NCBI GenBank assembly: GCA_964016885.1
Contig: OZ024746.1
Location: 25,668,001 to 25,732,000 of the forward strand
Length of the DNA stretch: 64,000 bases
Source: Eledone cirrhosa
Lineage: Eukaryota
Direction of reading: 5' to 3'
A program made the position numbers and the translations under genes. Below, piece after piece: positions 1 through 13,600 of this stretch (positions are counted from its first letter, which is position 1; the number at the start of each line of letters is the position of its first letter). The notes beneath the pieces were generated by a model. The model had not been told where the DNA came from and did not search any database. It saw nothing but the letters and a program-made list of their open reading frames with translations.

Positions 1-1604
1 ACACAATTTATATTATACAAGATCGGAACGTCGGCGGCCCGTCTGAGGAGGGAGCACCAGAGCTCTTGCTACCCCCTCCCGTTCTTTTTTTCTCAATATT
101 TCCTTATTCTTTCTTTCCTTATGGTAGTATCAGTAGAGTCGGACGCCATGTTTCCAGCATAGTTACGTCCCTTTACGGTCTGAGTTCAAATCTCACTGAG
201 GTTAACTTTGCCTTTCATCCTTACGGGGTCGATAAAATAAAGTACCAGTACTGGGTAATTGTTGACGTTGTGTCAAAAGTAGAAACGATTATTAATCGGT
301 AGAGGGTCGGACGCCATGCTTTGACGCATAGAGTTACGGCCTTTGCCATTCTGAGTTCAAATCCCGCCGAGGTTAACTTTGCCTTTCATCCTTACGGGGT
401 CGATAAAATAAAGTACCAGTAATGTACTGAGTAATTTGCTGGCCTTGTTACTGTAAATGTTATTAATATATTTGACACTGAAATAAATTAAGTGATATTT
501 ATATTATAATTGGGATTTGCAAAATAAACAAATCATTAGAAATTAATCAGTGGAAAATGGAAAGAGAAAATAAGGGAGAAGACATACACACTCAATTGCA
601 GCAGAGAATGTCGATATTTTCTCCTGGCTGAGGCACTGGAATAGCCAAGCACCCTCACAGTATTCCCTAATACTTCAATAAAGGTGAGCCACCAACAATA
701 ACAAAAGTCTTGTTCTTAGTAGCCTAGCTTCCCCGAATGTCTCGGGCTAAAAAATATAGTTCACTGATAATTCATGGTATTTCATTATTTTAACGTGTTG
801 CTTACGGATGCGGTTACCCAAGGGACAGGTTAAACTTACATAGAGGCCCTGGCTAAATATTTCTTCTAGGTATAATATTTATGGTTGTAAAATACATTTA
901 GGTATAATATATTATTATTTTTGGTAGAAAAAAAAAGATAATGATAATAATTTTAGGCTCTTGACTAATCCAGCCAGGCTCTGACTCCATCATCGAGTGA
1001 CCCCTACCTTTATCACAGAATCCAGGGTATGTGATGGAGCAAAAGTCGTTGACAGTAACGTGCCAGATAAGGCATCTATCTCTAACCCATGCGCAAAGGG
1101 AAGGACAAAAAATGTCTAATTACGATTTTGCTTACTCGTTTCTATTAATTTTAACAAAGCACCGTTAACTTCCATTTAACTATGACATACATACGAAAAA
1201 ACAATATCAGTTTTAGTAATTGAATTTTAAATAATAAACAAGAGAATAAACAACGATTATCAAATGAAAACAAAAGGGTTGGAGGTCGCACTTTCAATCA
1301 CACACAAGGAGTGCTGGAGTTTCCCTCTAATATTTTTTTAGGCAAGACATGTAGGCAGCATTGCTGCAAGGCACTGGAATAACAAAGCACCTTCACGAGC
1401 ACGAAAAGTAACGTTATAAAAATCGTTGATAAAAAAGAAATGGGGCTTTTTTTCCTTTTTTTTCTTGAGATTAACATCCGGTAGATTCAGTAAATGATAT
1501 AATGTCACGTTATTGTTATCTGTTCTGGGTACTTGATAGATCATATCGTTATTATCAGTATTTAGGACAACACGACTAGCGATACAACGAAATAGATAGA
1601 AACG

Positions 1605-1668
1605 ATGGCTGATCTCTCGACGATAAAATTACCCTTAAAAGTACCCGACGACGCTGAATTAGTTTCAG
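1605..1668 (+). CDS. C11orf54: C11orf54 exon 1 (MADLSTIKLPLKVPDDAELVS)
   Basis: ATG at 1605, donor G|gtaatc, phase 1 matches exon 2; VP..xEL resembles the family N-terminus. Confidence 0.85.
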
Positions 1669-4600
1669 GTAATCTCATTTATTCTTTAATCCCTTTCTAC
1701 TGAAAAAACTGTCAGTGATTTTCAAATATTTTTTTTAGATAATCAATAATTTGAAAGGATTTAGTAATATAACTTTCTCACTGTTTATGATGGAATGTTT
1801 TTAGATAAATATAAACACTTTAAGACAAACAGTGTCGTAGAACCAGGGTTGTTATTAAAAGGGTTAACACATTTCAAAGAATTTCAGATAATCCTACAAT
1901 TTGTTTGTAAGCAAATTCCTTGAAGAATATTGCAGAATCATAAATACCTAATTATACGACTGGAATATATAATTCTGCTGCTTGTTAATTCGGCATTAAA
2001 ATAATATAAGCTACCGCCGCTAAATATATATATCGATATTGCAGTCAACAAGGGAGCCTTGATATGGTCACTCGCCCTGTTAAAAATAGCAGCCAAATGT
2101 CACTAAACTCATTGCTTCCGTTATATATATATATATTTATTAAAATAACAGATTAAAGTTTAAGCAAAGAATCGCTGCTTTCACTCTTAAGATCCCGTTT
2201 CACTCAGAAGATCCCGTTAAGGGTGAAAGCAGCGATTCTTTGCTTAAACTTTAATCTGTTATTTTAATAAATATTTGCTCTACGGTTCTTATATATTTGA
2301 TATATATTTATCCTTATCGAGCCCTCTTTGGATTTTAGTCTTCAAATTTATTATTATTACTATATATATATATATATAATATTCAAAATATTAATGAGAA
2401 TTTTCATAACTAAAATATATATTTTATTATACATATTTCAAGGGTACTGTGGTTTTTAAGTATGCCATCATCAGATAAAACAAGAGATTGGTTGTTCGAC
2501 ATACCCAACCTTCAATACCTATCTGATGATAGCGTACTTAAAAACCACAGTACCATTGAAATATGTATAATAAAATATATATTTTGGTTATGAAAATTCT
2601 CATTTATTAATATTTTGAATATTATAGATACTCCAGATAAAATTTTGTTGAGTGCTTCTGATCTATTGTAAAATTGAATTCGTTGAATAATCAACGAACC
2701 ATATAAACTTTTGGTCATATGTATATATTATATATATATATAAATTAAATGTTAGAGAAAACAATACACATTATATAATTGTTTCTACTTTTGGCACAAG
2801 GCCAGCAAATACCCAGTGCATTACCGGTACTTTATTTTATCGACCCCGTAAGGATGAAAGGCAAAGTTAACTTCGGCGGTTATATAAGGTATTTCTAGAT
2901 GTGTTTGTGTGTTGCAACATCGGTTCCGACAACAAGCGTTCCAGTTTTTCGAACGAAAAATCGAACTTTTGAAATTAAAATGCAAGTGGCTGAACATTCC
3001 ACAGGCACGTGCCTCTTAATGGAATTCTCAGGAAGATCCAGTTTGGCACAGTGTGTGACAAGGCTGGCCCTTTGAATATATAGGTACAACTAATTTTTTT
3101 TACCAGCTAAGCGGACTGCTATAACGGGAAATAAAGCATCCTGCTGACTTGTAATGGAACATACGATCGTGAGCTGAAAACACCTAATTACTAAGCCACA
3201 CTCTCGCATGCCCCGGAACGCCTTTTATCATGGTTGACCTATGTTTAAACAACACCGTCAACAAGACACTAGGATATAAACCCGAATGAGATTCAGTAAT
3301 TAAATTTTTAAAAAAAGAAGAGAATTAAGCAACGAAATTAATAATTTAGTCTTTAATATAAATACATTTTAATTATGAAAACGTTACCCACATCTTTTAA
3401 ATTTTACTTGCCGAAAGTTCTCGTCGTTTTTCAAATTTTTTTTATTGACTGGCGTTTTTTAACGGAATTTAGTATTGTATATATTATTTGCTGTGTATAT
3501 TTTTATTCTGTAAGATGTATAAACAACTTGGAATGTTATTTATACAATTGAATTTATAGAAGTGAATAAAATATATAATACAGCAATGAATAAATCCAAT
3601 GAACGGTAACATTTTACAAGTCAAAACAATCTGCCATCATTTGCGATTACCGTCTGCTGTTGTTTAGGAAGGCACATAATTCCATCCGTGTAGAATTCTT
3701 CTGGCTTCGATGCAAAGAATTCCGTCAGCCACTGATTTAACTCGTCTCTTTGGCGGAGGTCTTTGTCTGTATTGCATTGCTCATTAAGAGAAATAGGTGA
3801 TAATCTGTAGGCATGAGGTCGGTCGAATACGGCGGGTGGAGCAGACCCTCCCAACCTTGCGCCAGCAGCTTCTCACGTGTCTTCGATGTCCCAAGCACAG
3901 CGGAGAGTTGACGTGATGACTGGCGTGGGCCAGCTACCACCAGCTTACGCATTTGCTCCTCATTGAAGTTGGATGGACGTCCTGTGCGAGGTCGATCTTC
4001 AAGGCTGTATTCACCTGAACGGAATTGTGCGAACCAGTCCCTGACAATGCGTTCAGACAATGCGTTCTGTGACCCAAATGCCTTGTTAAATGCTTCTGCA
4101 GGACTAGAACTGTTTCATTCGAAAGAAATCACCAGGGGATTTCTTTCGAATGAAACCGTTCTAGTCATGTTGAAGCCATTTATATATATATATATTTAAT
4201 ATAGAAATGGCCTCTACAGGACTAGAACTGTTTCATTCGGGAGAAATCATCAGGAAATTCCTGATTTCTCCTGAATGAAACAGTTCTAGTCCTGTAGCAG
4301 CCATTTCTATATTAAATATTTATACTTTGCTATGTATTGAGTACCTTATTTATTATGGTTACACACACACACACACGCACGCACGCACGCGCACACGCAC
4401 ACACACACTCACTAGCATAACATCATTTCAAGATCAATGCACATATAGAAGAAAATACAATATGTTTACCTATAATAAATATTTTATTTGTAAAATTCTA
4501 TATATAGGAAACTAGCTTCCTTGCCTCAGTAATGAGTAAATGGCACTAGTGGTAGATGATTAAATCCTGACATACTATAGTATTTGGTGTTCTCACATTG

Positions 4601-7600
4601 GTACTGAGGAAGCTCTGAGATAATCACAGTTTAAAATACTCACAGCAGGACTTATGTATGCATATGCTTCCATGTATGCCTACGCCTCTATTATATATGT
4701 ACACACTAGAAGAGGAAGACCAAGGTTAACATATGTTGATGCCCTAAGGACAGACACTGGTCTGTTGGAGATGCAGGATATGGCAGTGATAATGAGGGAC
4801 AGAGACCGCTGGAGAGAACTCGTCTATGGATCTCGGGAATTTTACCCGCCTTAGATAGATAGATATATATATATATATATATAATGTATGTAAAAGGTAA
4901 ACAGAAATGGTATATAGAAGGAATATATTAGTTTAACGCTTGAAATATCAGGAAGAGGGTCTTAACATTTCGGACACCTAGTCCTTCATCAGAAGAAAGA
5001 ATGAGAAATTAGAAAGATTGAAGGGACAGGCAGGGCGGAATTGGAAAAAATGTTTTCAGAGAAAAATAACAGGTTCATTCATGTTGCCATCTCTTGGAAA
5101 ACTGTTGATGTTGGCATTTTGTGAATGATATACTTTTTTCTAGAAAAGTGGATGATGGAGCGCATCCATCTGAAATATGTGTGTATGTGTGGGGTCTTCT
5201 TGGTGATGTGACACAAAATGCCCTGTCCATACTCTAAAGTGGTTGTTTTGGTGCCACGACAAAAAGTTCCCAGTTCACTATATGTACATATAGTGAACAG
5301 ATCGATCACTAAAACCTGGAACATTTTGGGTGGGCACACTTATTCACAATAATTCTAAAGCACAGCTGACATCCAGTACCATCCCTTGGCATTAGGACCA
5401 TTAGTGTACCTGATATACTTACATGTAATATAATCTATGTATATGTTAACTGCTCCTAATTCTATCATATGAAACTGTTTATGTAAAAACCTTTATGTTC
5501 CAAGCACTAACTGAATAATAAGAAAGTTAGTTATGTTACTAAACTACTCTATGTAAATTCTTGATTATTTAAAAAAAGTATTTGAAAATCATTGACAGTG
5601 TCTTTCACTGGAAATCATCATTGTCGTTTTTACGCCCATTTTTTATGCTTGCATGGTGATAAAAGGGTTAAATATATATTATATATACTCTTTTACCTAT
5701 TCCAGCCATCCGGCTGAGGCCATGCTGGGGCAGCATATGTAATGTATGTTGTATATTTATGAATTGTATGTTGATTATTAAATGTATATGTTATATATAT
5801 AAATATATAACAACTATTGTCATCCATCTATTTCAGTGTTGTCCAAGGGATTATTAAATCATTTCCACAATGTGTCTGTTAACATTGTTGATTGCCCTGA
5901 CTTAAGACAGAAACCATTTCAGTTGGCTGCAGAAGGTAAATCATATATATAAATTTATTCTGGCTGATTTTCACTCCTTCTTAACAGCACTATGACATTA
6001 AAAAGTATAATCTTTTCTCTAATACTGCAAATTTTCACAACAATCTATTGAGTAGTAAAAATACTATAATCATTTGAATTAACAAACCTGCTAAAGTATT
6101 ACAGGATGTTAATGAATAATCTTGCAAATTTTTGCAATGATCTATTCACTGATAAAGACGTTTAAATTAAGAAACATTTGAATTAGCAAAGCCATTTTCT
6201 TTTAAATTATCACAGGATGTTAAGAGATAATACTGCAAATTTTCACAATGCTCTATCTAATAGTAAAGATACTACAAATATGTGAAATGACAAAGCTGTT
6301 TTAAAATATTTTCTGCTAAATCATTACAGGATGTTAATAGATAATACTGCAAATTTTCATAACGATCTATCCTCTATTACAGATGCTATAAATGTTTTAA
6401 TCTGTCCTGTAGTATAGATACATTTGAATTAACAAACTTCTTCTCAATCATTACAGGATGTTAAGTTGGCCACAAGGTGCAAACGATTTCCTTGAACTAG
6501 TGCTGGACTCAAACTGGTCACAAGTAGTCACCTCTCCAACAAGAGGTGACAACACTTTGGACCTGATCTTCACCACTACTCCTGAAGTGGTTATTAGTTG
6601 TACTACTGAGGAACCTCTAGGTGACTCTGATCATGCTATGATCATTGCCAATCTGGCACTTGAGGGCAGCAACAAAAACCAGAGCCATCTCCAATCTGCT
6701 TGCTTTGATTGGAAGAGGGCGGATTGGAACTTGTACTGCACTGAGCTACAGCGCCCAAACTGGCATGAGATGTATAACTCTGGAGATGTGAACACTATAC
6801 TCCAGAGAATCCTGGACTCAATATGGATAGTGTGTGCAGCATCGGTGCCACGTAAGCAGAAAAATAACCACCCCAAAAGTGCAATTTGGGAAACTTCAGC
6901 GGTCCGACTTGCCAGGAAAGAACGTCGGAACGCTGAACGGGAATATAAACTGCATAAATCAGATACCAACAGAAAAAAGCGGAATAAATCTTCTAACCAT
7001 CTCAAGCAAGTGACAAAGAAGGCAGTGCTTGAATTTGAACAGTGCATAGCAACCAATCCTGACAGTAAGGTGTTCTGGAAATATGTTCATTCAAAGCAGA
7101 GACCTCACTCTCCAGTTGGTCCTCTTCGCAATCCCCACACAAGCCAGATCACTGACGATCCCAAAGAATGCGCAGAACTCATTGCTGAGTGCTATGCAAG
7201 TATTTTTACTGTTGAAAACCAGAATGTACCATCTCCACCATCTCTAACATCAAATTCCATAACAACTATGGAATTTACACCTGCAATGTTGCGACGTCAC
7301 CTTAAGAATAAGCGCAACTATGCCTCCCCTGGTCTTGATGGTGTGACATACCTGCTTCTCAAACGTGGCGGGTATTTCCTTTTGCGCCAGCTTTCTTTCT
7401 TCTTTCAATACTGTCTCAACAATGGTGCTACTCCGGAGCAGTGGAAAACTGCCAGTGTCATTCCCCTGTTCAAAAAGGGCAACCGCATGTCACCTGTCAA
7501 CTATCATCCAGTCAGTCTTACTAGCTGTATGGCCAAACTGATGGAATCCTGTGTCAGAGAAACACTTTGGAACTTCTGGAGCTCTCACAGCTTCATCCGG

Positions 7601-10600
7601 CCCTCACTGTTTGGATTTATCCCTAACTCCAGCTGCTGTGATCAGCTTATCGAGTTCCTTGAAGACATCACCCGGATCACTGACAGCGGCTCATGGGTGG
7701 ATGTTGTTTACCTTGACTTTGCTAAGGCTTTTAATTCTGTGCCACTTATGGCAAAACTCTCTGCAATGGGTGTGAGGGATGATCTTTTCGACTGGTTGAA
7801 ATCCTTCATTCTCAGCCGAAAAGAAGTAGTCACGGTTCTAGGACAGCATTCTTCACCATATGAGATGTCATCTGGTGTACCACAGGGATCTGTTCTTGGT
7901 CCCCTTTTGTTTGTGGCATATATTAATGACATAGATGCCAACTTACAGAATGCCACGGTACTGAAATATGCAGATGACATCAAGCTGTACCTTGAAATCA
8001 AAAGGACTGATCCTGAAATTTAGAACTCTTTCCTACAATCAGACCTGGACACAATGCAGCAATGGATCACAGACTGGCAACTGAAGCTGGCTGTGGACAA
8101 GTGTACCACCATGCATTTTGGAAGGAAAAATCCAACGTCCACATACTCCCTCCACAACACTGATATCAAGAAGTCCTCTTGTGAACGTGACCTGGGCATT
8201 ACTGTCAGCAGCGATTTGCGTTGGACAAAGCATGTCTCTAAGATTGTCAAGAAGGCCAAGGGTGTCTTGGCATCACTCAGCAAGACCTTTGTTAGCCGCT
8301 CTCCAGCCATCTATTTAAAACTGTATACAGCTATGGTACGACCACACTTGGAATTCGCATCATCAGTCTGCAACCCCTATCTTGCTCAGAACATTGACCT
8401 CCTGGAAACTGTTCAGAGACGTGCAACCAAGCGCATACCCTCCATCAGACACCTACCATACTCTGAACGCCTTGCTTCCCTGGGCATGGATTCATTGAAG
8501 CTCCGACGTCTGGCAATGGACTTGGTGAATACCCACAAAGTTATTAACCATCTCGCCAATTGCAACCCTGAGCACCTTTTTGATCTCCATGTGTCTAACA
8601 CACGTGGACATGCCTACAAAATCAGAAAACAGCACAGCTCCCATGACTTTCGTAGACATTTTTTTCACGCTCAGAGTTGCTGAAGCATAGAACAAACTGC
8701 CTGTGTCAGTTGTTAGCTGCCGAGACACTGCATCCTTTAAGACACTCATGCTTCCCGAAATACGCCAAAACTACACCTGATGTACCCCTTCCATACACAT
8801 GCACACATGTGTGTATCATGACTCGTGCACTGTTCATTTTATTGATGTTTGTGCATTGCCCTATGTACTGTATATGCACTTTTTGATGAGTTGTGGTGCA
8901 CCTGGGCACTGTACACAATATTTCATTATTATTATTGTTATTATTATTATATCATGACTCATACACTGTTCATTTTCCTGACATTTGTACATTATTCTAT
9001 GTACTATACATGCACCTTTGATGAGTTGTAGTGCACCTGAGCACTGTACACAATAATTTCATTATTATTATTATTATTATATCATGATCTATAAGTTGAT
9101 ATAAATGTGTTACTATTGCAGGTATATGTGGAAATCCTTGTCTGGCTGATGTTGGTGGTCCACCCTATCTTCTTCCCACAGTCAATAAAGAAAAGGTTGG
9201 TGTCTTTTATTTAGTTTAACATTAATGAAAGTAAACTTATAGCCACCACAGCCACAACCACTACCACAGCACCAATATATTTGATTTTGTGGTTAAATAA
9301 ATTTAATTCAACAAAATATATTTTCTACAAGACACACAGACAGACGTTATGTTTTATATAGAGAAATTTGATGTTAATATATGGTTTACAATAAAATCTT
9401 GTATTTACAGATCTATAATATTAAATCAATAGCAGATATTTCTGGTCAACAAGATGGCTTTTTCATTGGTGCTGGAGCTGGTCCAGCCCATATGATAGAT
9501 GTTAATTCTGAGGTAAGTATTCTCGCACTCTCTCTGCTAGTGCTGGTACCACAATAAAATACAACCAGCTCACACTGTAAAGTGGTAGTGCTGGAACATT
9601 GATAAAATACACTTAGTACATGCTATAAAATGGATGGGGTTAGGAAGGACATCCCACGATAGAAACCATGTCAAAATGGAACATCTGATCAAGTTGTAAT
9701 CATCTGACCTATCTAACCTCAGAATGTAACAACCCATTTAACTTATTACAGCATGGAAAATGGATGTAATGTATATATTTATATCAATATATGACAACAT
9801 TTGTTTGGGTTATCTGTTAGATTCATTCAAATATCAGCCCTTAAATGATATTAATATACACCAGGGTTGAAAACATATTCCTTAAAACCCATTTATCTTT
9901 ACAGTATGGCTATTAGACAATCTGTAAGAAATTCCAAGAAGTGTAAATTATCTGTGAAAGAAAGAAAAAAGAGGGAAGAGACAATACAGGATGATAAGTT
10001 TTATGTTCTATATTGGTGAGAACAGAGTGGATGTTTGGATAGAGTGAGTAAATGCTTGGATAGTTAAAATGTATATTTTAGTAGATAATCTATCAAGCTG
10101 AAAAGGTTTTAGAGTTGGTATCAATGACAGTGGGTCCATTAACTGGAGTTGAGGGTGACTTGGAAGATGATTTGTCCAAAATACAAGTAGGTACTTCCTG
10201 AAAGGAAGACAAAATGTTAATATCTCACTCTTGCAATTGATGTATTTATTGGGGGATTTAAACCTTGAAGAGTTAGGATCTTTACAGTGGTGCAAAACTA
10301 TATCTCTTGCATCTGTTAATATAGGCTTTATGTTTTTCAATGTCTTTTTATTTGATATTTAACCCTTGCAAGCATAGAAAATAGATTTTAAACAGTGATG
10401 ATGATGATATATATATATATACACTATACCTTTTTTCACTGGTTTCAGTCATGGTGATAAAACTTAATGTATTATGTAGAAATAGCATTTTCTAATTAAG
10501 TTAACAATTAAGATAATTTGTCTCTATAGTTTTAATAAATCAGTCATCATTTTTGGTGACATGAGCATACCAATAGACTATAATATATTTACTATGTTTC

Positions 10601-13600
10601 ACTGGTGACTGATGACGTAGTCTATACATTCTTTGTAGATGATGTGTAATGTGAACCTAAACAAACCAGATGGCTGTCAAACATATATTGCCAAGGTTAA
10701 CCCAGAGGTGAGAATTATTTTAAAAATGTTTTTTGTTGTTGCTGTTGTTGTTGCTACACCTGTTGTTATTGTTATTATTACTATTGTTGTTGTAGTGGTG
10801 TTTCTGTTGATGTTGGCATTTTATTGTCAACAGATGATATAACACTGTTGAAGGAAGTCAACAGATGATATAACACACTGTTGAAGGAAGTCAACAGATG
10901 ATATAACAAATGTTGAAGGAAGTCTACAAATGATATAACACACTGTTGAAGGAAGTCAACAGATGATATAACACACTGTTGAAGGAAGTCAATTGTTGAT
11001 ATAACATATTGTCTAGAGAAACTTTACTGATCAAGTAAGGCTGCAACAGTAAATTAGCAGCAACAGCCATCAGTTTAATGGTGGTTTCATAATCCCTGGT
11101 TTTCTGTTCACTTCCAAAGACATAAAATGTGGAGGGAATTTGAACTTTTTAGAGGAAAGAAGAATACAAAGATGCATATGTCTACATCTTGATGTAATGT
11201 TACTGGAATATGTTTCCGTTTCTATTTGAACATTTATTTTCAGAATGGCTGCTTTATTGTGAAACAAACTGAACATCCAAGTTTTATGTTGATGGCTAAC
11301 TTACTTTGTTGTGAAGGTAAACCAGGAAAGGTAACACAACCTCTACATCTTATTTCTATGTCACTGTTTAACATTTTTAAAGGGAGTGAATTGGCAGAGT
11401 CGTTAGAGTGTTGGATGAAATGCCTTGCTATTTGTTCTGGCTCTCTGCACTTTCAGTTCAAACTCCACCTCCTTCTGCCAGGAGTTGTGACCAGCAGATA
11501 ATATCAATAATGGAAAGACTAATGGAAACATTGTGTTCTTAATCCAGTCTCACAATCAGCTCCTTTTTTAATTTGCTATATAACAATATCATTGGAAACT
11601 GCAAGAAGGACAAAGACAATTCACAAGGGAAAGAGATAGAGACACTTAAAATGGTTTAAATTTTGACAGCAGTTGAGTCATAGCAAAATAAGAACTACTC
11701 ATCAGTTTGGATAATATACATGTTTGATTTATATTGAAATCCATCCATCTATCTACAGGCCCTTAGCCATTCATGGAGTTGCACGGTTACCATATATAAC
11801 ATGTGGAATCTCTTGGGTACTTAACTTTGGCAAAGTCTACACCCCTTTGGGTCTGGACATAGTTGATTTCTTTGAGTGTGTGTGAGAGCGAGAGAAAAAG
11901 AAAGAGAGAGAATTGACTCTAGTACTGGACTAGTACTTTATTTATTAACCTTGAAGGATGAAAGGCAAAGTAGACCTTGGTGAGATTTGAACTCGAAGTG
12001 CAAAGAGCTGGATTGAATAATGCAAAGTGTTCTACCTGATGTTCTAACGACTCCAATTAGGGGCCTACATATTGAAATAGGGAAGCACAAATGCTGTTTT
12101 AGCTAATACAATAATCACTGAAGTTCTTAACTAGGGATAAACAAAATCAACATTATACCGGTTATTTTGAAGTCTTTGACAGATTCTGTTGCTCTGTGGT
12201 TTGGTCAATTCTAAGCTGATTTAAAATAAGGATGCTGTAATCAAGTCAAGTTTGGCTGTGTAGGTGAAAGCATAGCTATGTAGTTAAAGGGTCCATTTTC
12301 AAACCAAGTGGTTTTAGATTCAGTCTCACTGTGTGGCATTTTGGGTTGTTCAATGCCTTATGAATGAAATCTGGTAGATGGAAACTGTGCAAAAACCAGT
12401 TGTCACTTTTTGTGTGTTTGTATGTATGTGTGCCCAAATCCGTGTTTATATTTACTGTTTGTTATGTCTCATAATATCAGTATTCAACAAAGAGATAATT
12501 AAGATATGTACCATACTTGAAAAAATAGGTACTGGGCTAGGTGGTCCTCCAGCATAGCCCCTCTCAAATGACTTAAACAAGTAAAAGAAAAGAAAAGGTC
12601 ATTCGGCTGTAGAATACTACCTCAAGAAGTTTTGTCTAACCCATGCTAACAAAGAAAATCAGATATAAGATGATGATGATAATTATGAATAATCAGGATT
12701 AAATATTTATCAAATTGGTAGTTATATCTACATTAAGTTTACTCTAATTATCAAATGATTCATTTCAGAAAATGTAATTTTATTTTCAGGTAATAGAAAT
12801 AAAAGCTAGCAAACGTATTGGTGATGATAACTTTCCCACAGCAATTCGGAAAACTTTAAAGTCTCAATATGGTGAAGAGCCTGTAGCTTTGGGTGGTGTT
12901 TTTCTCATGGAAAATGGTAAAGCTAAGCTTCATATTATGGTAAGTTCTTGGTTTATATATGTAGTACCAGGTACACTCTGTAAAGTGGTTGACAATTGAA
13001 CAGAGACAATGTAGGGCAGACAGGACTCTTTACTCTAGTTGAGGACATGCCAATCTCTATAATGATGGAGCCATGATAAAATACACTTAGTAAACTAAGG
13101 TGGTTGGAAAGTGAACTCAATGTAGGGTACATGGACAGCCATCTTAAACTCTCCTGTTATGGCCTAGAGAACTATAATAAACTGAAGACCAAGCTCTGAT
13201 GCACCTCTACCTGTACCTTGAATTCCTCACTAAATTTCCTACTCTCATTTTACTGGCAGCTCATCTGTACATAGCTTGCACTGCTCTCCAAAGCCATTCT
13301 TCTACATTTAGTTTTCTTAAGAATCACTAGATGACAGATGATGGTACTCTGTTAAAGGCCTTCTCTAGAACAACAAAAGCTAGATATAGAGGCTTACTCC
13401 TAACTATAAAGTTCTTTTGTAGTTGTCTAACTAAGAAGAGGGCATATATAGTGCTTCTCCCTGCCAAAAAACTGCAACTAATCGATTTTGACTGTGTGTA
13501 TATATATATATATAAGGTGGGCACACACGATAACAGAAAAAAACAATGGAAAAATGAACAGTCCCTTCTCTTCAGTCAACCTCTGGAAATCAGTATAGTT

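Noticed and set aside
6631-8918. Antisense and alternate-frame ORFs over the LINE (likewise over the RTE and Penelope)
   Set aside because: Shadow ORFs of retroelement coding sequence.
10826-11007. CRISPR-like array of palindromic repeats
   Set aside because: Units are contiguous with no unique spacers, the context is a eukaryotic intron, and there are no cas genes.
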